Shown: one piece after another, positions 46,322-50,932 of the stretch
Position numbering within the stretch: position 1 is the first letter of the stretch
Layout: each line of letters starts with the position of its first letter
Assembly: GCA_023253775.1 (NCBI GenBank)
Contig: JALRFI010000095.1
Span: forward strand, 1-50,932
Source: Crocinitomicaceae bacterium
GTDB lineage: Bacteria > Bacteroidota > Bacteroidia > Flavobacteriales_D > Crocinitomicaceae
DNA: 50,932 nt
Direction of reading: 5' to 3'
Notes under the pieces: generated by a model
The model's input: the letters and a program-made list of their open reading frames with translations, nothing else
What the model was told of the DNA's origin: nothing
Database searches by the model: none
Made by a program: the position numbers and the translations under genes

Positions 46322-46351
46322 TTTGATAATTAGAAATTGCATCTATCTTTG
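46322..46351 (+). promoter_or_regulatory. putative Bacteroidota promoter for bcp (-33 TTTG plus -7 TATCTTTG)
   Basis: TTTG at 46322-46325 and TATCTTTG at 46344-46351 are separated by 18 nt. The ATG lies 40 nt downstream. Confidence 0.5.
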
Positions 46352-46391
46352 ATTAATATTTCGTCAAAGAGTTGTTTAATATTTTATCAAA

Positions 46392-46850
46392 ATGAAAACA
46401 CTAAGCGTAGGAGACACAATGCCGGCTTTCAAAGCCAAAGACCAAAACGGAAAGCTCATTTCTTCAGATGACCTTAAGGGAAAGAAGGTCGCGATCTACT
46501 TTTATCCGAAAGACAATACTCCCGGCTGTACTGCTCAGGCGTGCAGCTTGAGAGACGGGTATTCTGATCTGAAAGCAAAAGGAATTGAAGTGATCGGTGT
46601 TAGCGCAGACTCAGAAAGTTCGCACCAGAAATTCATCAGCAAGTTCGATCTTCCGTTTACGCTGATCAGCGATGAAGACCATGCAGTGCTGAACGCATTT
46701 GGCGTTTGGGGACCAAAGAAATTCATGGGAAAAGAATACGATGGTATTCACCGCACCACTTTTCTGATCGATGAAAATCAGAAGATCGTTGAGGTGATCT
46801 CAAAACCAAATACCAAAGCTCACGCTGACGAGATTCTCAGCAATTTTTAA
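46392..46850 (+). CDS. bcp: thiol peroxidase (peroxiredoxin Bcp)
   Basis: FYPKDNTPGCTAQAC, with the CxxxxC pair typical of Bcp; 152 aa. Confidence 0.9.
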   Translation: MKTLSVGDTMPAFKAKDQNGKLISSDDLKGKKVAIYFYPKDNTPGCTAQACSLRDGYSDLKAKGIEVIGVSADSESSHQKFISKFDLPFTLISDEDHAVLNAFGVWGPKKFMGKEYDGIHRTTFLIDENQKIVEVISKPNTKAHADEILSNF

Positions 46851-46919
46851 ACCCGCTCAGTAGTTCGTAAATTGTTTACGATCATCTGACACAACTTTGC
46901 AGAAACAAAAACATACGAT

Positions 46920-47951
46920 ATGGCTAACAAAGAAATTAACCCGGAAAAATTAAAAGCACTTCAGCTTACCATGGAGAAGCTGGACAAGACTTACGGAAAA
47001 GGATCTGTCATGAAACTTGGCGATTCACCGGTAGAAAAAGTTGAGGTGATCCCAACAGGATCTATCACGCTTGACATGGCGCTTGGGATCAATGGATTCC
47101 CTAAAGGAAGAGTCGTAGAGATCTACGGTCCTGAATCTTCAGGTAAAACTACGCTTGCGATCCATGCGATCGCTGAAGTACAGAAGCAGGGAGGAATTGC
47201 CGCATTCATCGATGCAGAGCACGCTTTTGATCAATTTTATGCGCAAAAACTTGGTGTAGATGTTAATAATCTGATCATTTCGCAACCAGACAATGGTGAG
47301 CAGGCTTTAGAGATCGCCGATAATCTGATCCGTTCCGGTGCTATTGACCTGATCATCGTTGACTCGGTTGCGGCATTAACGCCAAAAGCAGAGATCGAAG
47401 GTGAAATGGGTGATTCTCAAATGGGTCTACAAGCTCGTTTGATGTCTAAAGCGCTTCGTAAATTAACGGGTTCTATCAATAAGGCAGGATGTTGCTGCAT
47501 CTTCATCAACCAGCTTCGTGATAAGATCGGAGTGATGTTCGGAAATCCTGAAACCACTACCGGTGGAAATGCATTGAAATTCTACTCTTCGATCCGAATT
47601 GATATTCGTAGAACGAGCCAAATCAAGGAAGGTGAAGATGTGATCGGAAACCGCGTAAAAGTGAAGATCGTAAAGAACAAAGTTGCTCCACCATTCAGAA
47701 AGGCAGAATTCGACATCATGTATGGCGAAGGAATCTCTAAAGTGGGTGAGATCATCGACCTTGGTGTTGATCTGAATATCCTTAAGAAGAGCGGATCATG
47801 GTTCTCTTACGGTGAAACCAGACTTGGACAGGGTCGCGACTCTGTGAAGCAGATCATCCACGACAATCCGGAGTTGATGGAAGAACTTGAACACAAGATC
47901 AAAGAGGCTCTTGGAGCACAAGGAGCAGAGGTTCCTTTACTTCAAGACTAA
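46920..47951 (+). CDS. recA: recombinase RecA
   Basis: Walker [26 protein letters not shown], and the L2 loop region [26 protein letters not shown]. Confidence 0.97.
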   Translation: MANKEINPEKLKALQLTMEKLDKTYGKGSVMKLGDSPVEKVEVIPTGSITLDMALGINGFPKGRVVEIYGPESSGKTTLAIHAIAEVQKQGGIAAFIDAEHAFDQFYAQKLGVDVNNLIISQPDNGEQALEIADNLIRSGAIDLIIVDSVAALTPKAEIEGEMGDSQMGLQARLMSKALRKLTGSINKAGCCCIFINQLRDKIGVMFGNPETTTGGNALKFYSSIRIDIRRTSQIKEGEDVIGNRVKVKIVKNKVAPPFRKAEFDIMYGEGISKVGEIIDLGVDLNILKKSGSWFSYGETRLGQGRDSVKQIIHDNPELMEELEHKIKEALGAQGAEVPLLQD

Positions 47952-47968
47952 CTGCATATCGTATGAAG

Positions 47969-47998
47969 ACGGCACATGAAAATGTGCCGTTTTTATTT
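47969..47998 (+). terminator. intrinsic terminator after recA
   Basis: ACGGCACAT-GAAA-ATGTGCCGT followed by TTTTATTT. Confidence 0.75.
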
Positions 47999-48027
47999 GC
48001 ACCCACATTTTCATTACTTTCGAAAAC

Positions 48028-48921
48028 GTGAAAAAGATCGCTATCATTATCAATGGGTTGCACGGACTGAACAAGAACAGTGAACGAATACTCTCCCTAC
48101 TTGAGCAAGATCCAGCTTTTTCATGCACGCGAATGCTCACTACCGCTATGGGCGACGCCCATCGGTTTACCGTTGAAGCGATCGATAAAAAATTCCAGGT
48201 GATCCTGGCAGTCGGTGGTGACGGAACTGTTAACGAGGTCATCAACGGAATTATGGTTGCAGATCAGCCTGTACTTTTCGGAATCCTCCCAAATGGAACA
48301 GGTAACGACTTTTCTAGATCCATTCAACTCTTCAATAACGGTAATGAGCTTCAAAAAAGCATTCACGAACAGCAAACTAAAAAGATCGATGTGGGCAAGA
48401 TCACAGTGAATAATACAGCGCACTACTTTCTCAATATCGCAGACATTGGATTTGGTGGTAAAGCCATTCACATCTTGAATCGCCAACGAAAATGGATCAA
48501 AGGAACCCGCTCTTACCCTCTGGCCATCTTAAGAACCTTCCTCTTTTACCGACGAGCAAAACTTGAGATCAAAACGGACAACAATGCTTATTCCGGTGAA
48601 GTCTTTATGGCAGCTATTTGCAACGGAAAAGTATTTGCCAGCGGTATCACGATCAACCCTTTCGCTGATCCCGGAAATGGAACACTCTCCATTACCCTTT
48701 TAAAAAGGATCAACTTCTTTCATTATCTGAAATACCTCAAACGCCTGAAAAGAGGTGAAACCATCGATCATCCCCAGGTCGAATACTGGCAATGCACAGA
48801 AATGAATGTCACCATTACATCCGGAAAAGCCCTCTGTGAAGCCGATGGAGAAAGTGTATTGGAAGGGAACTATCACATACAAGTGATTCCCGGTACCATT
48901 ACCCTATTACAACCCAATTAA
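48028..48921 (+). CDS. diacylglycerol-kinase-family lipid kinase (YegS/BmrU-like)
   Basis: GGDGTVNEV and GTGNDF motifs, 297 aa, GTG start. Confidence 0.8.
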   Translation: MKKIAIIINGLHGLNKNSERILSLLEQDPAFSCTRMLTTAMGDAHRFTVEAIDKKFQVILAVGGDGTVNEVINGIMVADQPVLFGILPNGTGNDFSRSIQLFNNGNELQKSIHEQQTKKIDVGKITVNNTAHYFLNIADIGFGGKAIHILNRQRKWIKGTRSYPLAILRTFLFYRRAKLEIKTDNNAYSGEVFMAAICNGKVFASGITINPFADPGNGTLSITLLKRINFFHYLKYLKRLKRGETIDHPQVEYWQCTEMNVTITSGKALCEADGESVLEGNYHIQVIPGTITLLQPN

Positions 48922-49910
48922 ATACTTAGTATTCCTTTGTTCACCAGCGTCCACGCGATCTGTACCGCATTGGTTGCAGCGCCTTTACGCAAGTTATCTG
49001 CAACGATCCACATGTTCAATGTATTCGGTTGAGAGAAATCTCGTCTGATCCTACCTACAAAAACATCATCTTTCCCTTCAGCATACTTTGGCATTGGATA
49101 ATTATTGGTGGTTGGATCATCTTTCAAAGTAATTCCCGGTTGCTCATGCAATAAACGACGAACCTCATCCAGGTCAAAATCATTTTCAAATTCAATGTTC
49201 ACCGCTTCAGAATGTCCACCTACAACCGGAACACGTACAGCAGTTGCCGTAACATTGATCGCAGGATCAAGGATCTTCTTTGTTTCGTTGGTTAACTTAA
49301 GTTCTTCCTTCGTATATCCGTTATCCGTGAATACATCACATTGAGGAATACAGTTTTTGTCGATCGGATAGTGATACGCCATCTCTCCGTTTTGTCCAGC
49401 TCTTTCATTTTCCATTTGCTGCACCGCCTTCACACCTGTTCCGGTGATCGACTGATAGGTAGAAACAACCACTCTTTTTACACCATATTTTTTATGCAAA
49501 GGCGCCAGTGCCAATACCAGCTGGATGGTGCTGCAATTCGGATTAGCAATGATCAGGTCTTCTTTCGTTAAAACATCACCATTGATCTCAGGTACAACCA
49601 ACTTTTTTGTCGGGTCCATTCTCCATGCCGAAGAATTATCGATCACGACTGTTCCAACTTCAGCAAACTTCGGAGCCCAAGCCAGAGAGGTATCACCCCC
49701 CGCAGAGAAAATTGCTACATCCGGTTTCATCGAAACTGCAGTGTCAAGAGATACTACCTTACACTTCAAACCACCAAATTCCATTTCCATTCCCACCGAT
49801 TTTTCAGAGGCAACAGGAATCAATTCCGTGATCGGGAAATTCTGCTCTCGAAGTACTTGTAACATAACATTTCCTACCATACCGGTAGCACCAACTACTG
49901 CAACTTTCAT
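48918..49910 (-). CDS. asd: aspartate-semialdehyde dehydrogenase
   Basis: N-terminal VGATGMVG Rossmann motif, active-site NPNCSTIQ, 330 aa. Confidence 0.9.
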   Translation of the reverse strand: MKVAVVGATGMVGNVMLQVLREQNFPITELIPVASEKSVGMEMEFGGLKCKVVSLDTAVSMKPDVAIFSAGGDTSLAWAPKFAEVGTVVIDNSSAWRMDPTKKLVVPEINGDVLTKEDLIIANPNCSTIQLVLALAPLHKKYGVKRVVVSTYQSITGTGVKAVQQMENERAGQNGEMAYHYPIDKNCIPQCDVFTDNGYTKEELKLTNETKKILDPAINVTATAVRVPVVGGHSEAVNIEFENDFDLDEVRRLLHEQPGITLKDDPTTNNYPMPKYAEGKDDVFVGRIRRDFSQPNTLNMWIVADNLRKGAATNAVQIAWTLVNKGILSI

Positions 49911-49927
49911 TTTTGTAAATTTTGGGT

Positions 49928-49935
49928 CAAAAATA
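49928..49935 (-). promoter_or_regulatory. putative -7 box (TATTTTTG) for asd
   Basis: Exact TAnnTTTG match on the minus strand, 17 nt upstream of the ATG at 49910. Confidence 0.45.
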
Positions 49936-49936
49936 G

Positions 49937-49944
49937 TATATTTG
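49937..49944 (+). promoter_or_regulatory. putative -7 box (TATATTTG) for the gene starting at 49964
   Basis: Exact TAnnTTTG match 19 nt upstream of the ATG at 49964, back-to-back with the asd box. Confidence 0.45.
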
Positions 49945-49963
49945 ATTGCATTGCAACTTAGGC

Positions 49964-50932
49964 ATGAAGCAGATTCTGACCATTTTTATAATCTTAACAC
50001 ATCTGACCATTTTCGGACAGTTTACCGATGATTTTACAGACGGTGAATTCACCAGTTCCCCTGCATGGATTGGAGATGACTCCGTTTTCACCGTTGTTGA
50101 CGTCGCAGGAAATTTGAGATTACGATCAAATAAATTGCTGCCAAGTACCAGCTTCTATCTTTCTACAGGCAGCACTTCTCTTTTGGATACACAGTGGGAA
50201 TTTTTTACGCAATTGCAATTCAACACCTCCAGCGCAAATTTTGTCGATTATTATCTTATCGCTGATCAATCCAATCTATTTAGTGCGACGATGAGCGGTT
50301 ACTTTGTGCGTATCGGAGGTACAACAGATGAAATTTCATTGTACCGAAGAGTCGCCGGGGTTAATACCAAGATCATTGATGGGTTGGATGGGGTGACAAA
50401 TGTTTCTAACAACACCCTGAAGATCAAGGTGACTTGTTCAGCATCTGGAGACTGGAACCTTTATCGTGATATCAACGGAACCGGAGTAAGCTATACATCA
50501 GAAGGAACCATTAATGACATTACTGTTTCTTCTGGAACCCATTTCGGTATAGCCATTACGCAATCGACACTTTCCTTCATCCAAAAGCATTTCTTCGATG
50601 ATATTTATGTTGGACCGATCATATACGACACAAATCCACCGGTTTTGTTATCCGCAATAGCAACTTCGAATACGACGGCTGATGTTCAATTCAACGAACC
50701 ACTCGATCAAGCCTCAGCCGAAAACATTTCCAATTATGACATCATTCCATTCAATAGTGTGTCCGCTGCGGTACTGGATGGCGTAGATCCGAGCATTGTT
50801 CACCTTACAATGGCAACCCCTTTTTCAAATGGAAATACATACACGCTAACAACGATCAACATCTCAGATGTGGCACTCAACGCCTCAGGATCACAAAGTG
50901 TTGATTTTGTGTACATCATTCCGGAAGATCCC
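49964..50932 (+). CDS. N-terminal 323 codons of a large secreted protein of unknown function (3' end outside the window)
   Basis: This ORF is not in the track because it has no stop. My hand translation from the ATG at 49964 is open to nt 50932. It begins MKQILTIFIILTHLTIFGQFTDDFTDGEFTSSPAWIGDD..., a signal peptide followed by beta-rich sequence. Confidence 0.7.
   Translation, partial: MKQILTIFIILTHLTIFGQFTDDFTDGEFTSSPAWIGDDSVFTVVDVAGNLRLRSNKLLPSTSFYLSTGSTSLLDTQWEFFTQLQFNTSSANFVDYYLIADQSNLFSATMSGYFVRIGGTTDEISLYRRVAGVNTKIIDGLDGVTNVSNNTLKIKVTCSASGDWNLYRDINGTGVSYTSEGTINDITVSSGTHFGIAITQSTLSFIQKHFFDDIYVGPIIYDTNPPVLLSAIATSNTTADVQFNEPLDQASAENISNYDIIPFNSVSAAVLDGVDPSIVHLTMATPFSNGNTYTLTTINISDVALNASGSQSVDFVYIIPEDP

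Noticed and set aside
49525-50031. A 168-aa plus-strand ORF overlapping asd
   Set aside because: It is antisense to asd for most of its length. Its 3' end runs through the divergent promoter and into the real plus-strand gene in a different frame.

Overview
The window reads as a chromosomal segment from a Bacteroidota genome (Flavobacteriia/Cytophagia-like). Supporting this: three proteins end in type-IX-secretion (T9SS) C-terminal sorting domains, one carries SprB-type repeats, many genes sit behind a TAnnTTTG -7 promoter box with a very short leader, and there is a typical purH-mreBCD-mrdA-rodA block. Most of the window is tightly packed housekeeping sequence. It includes yicC-gmk-nadD, the full elongasome cluster plus PBP1A, scoAB, purH, dxr, metF, ribE, bcp, recA and asd, together with several peptidases (S1-like, S41, C1, M1). 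I found no rRNA, tRNA, CRISPR array, transposase, integrase, prophage gene or recognisable defence system. The accessory-looking part is roughly 29-43 kb. It holds a 1371-aa T9SS adhesin with a 4 x 198-bp in-frame tandem repeat nested in a larger module duplication, followed by the largest non-coding gap of the window (453 bp). Next come three tandem tail-less SSB-like OB-fold genes in one operon, two tandem Wzi-like beta-barrel genes, and a TlpA / beta-barrel / CxxC-lipoprotein cluster. The SSB-like triplet is my best candidate for something under-described, but I cannot establish novelty without database searches. An unlisted ORF (49964 to the window end, no stop) was added by hand translation. 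Several track start codons were revised (dxr, M1 peptidase, tlpA-like, mreC, third SSB, Omp28-like).
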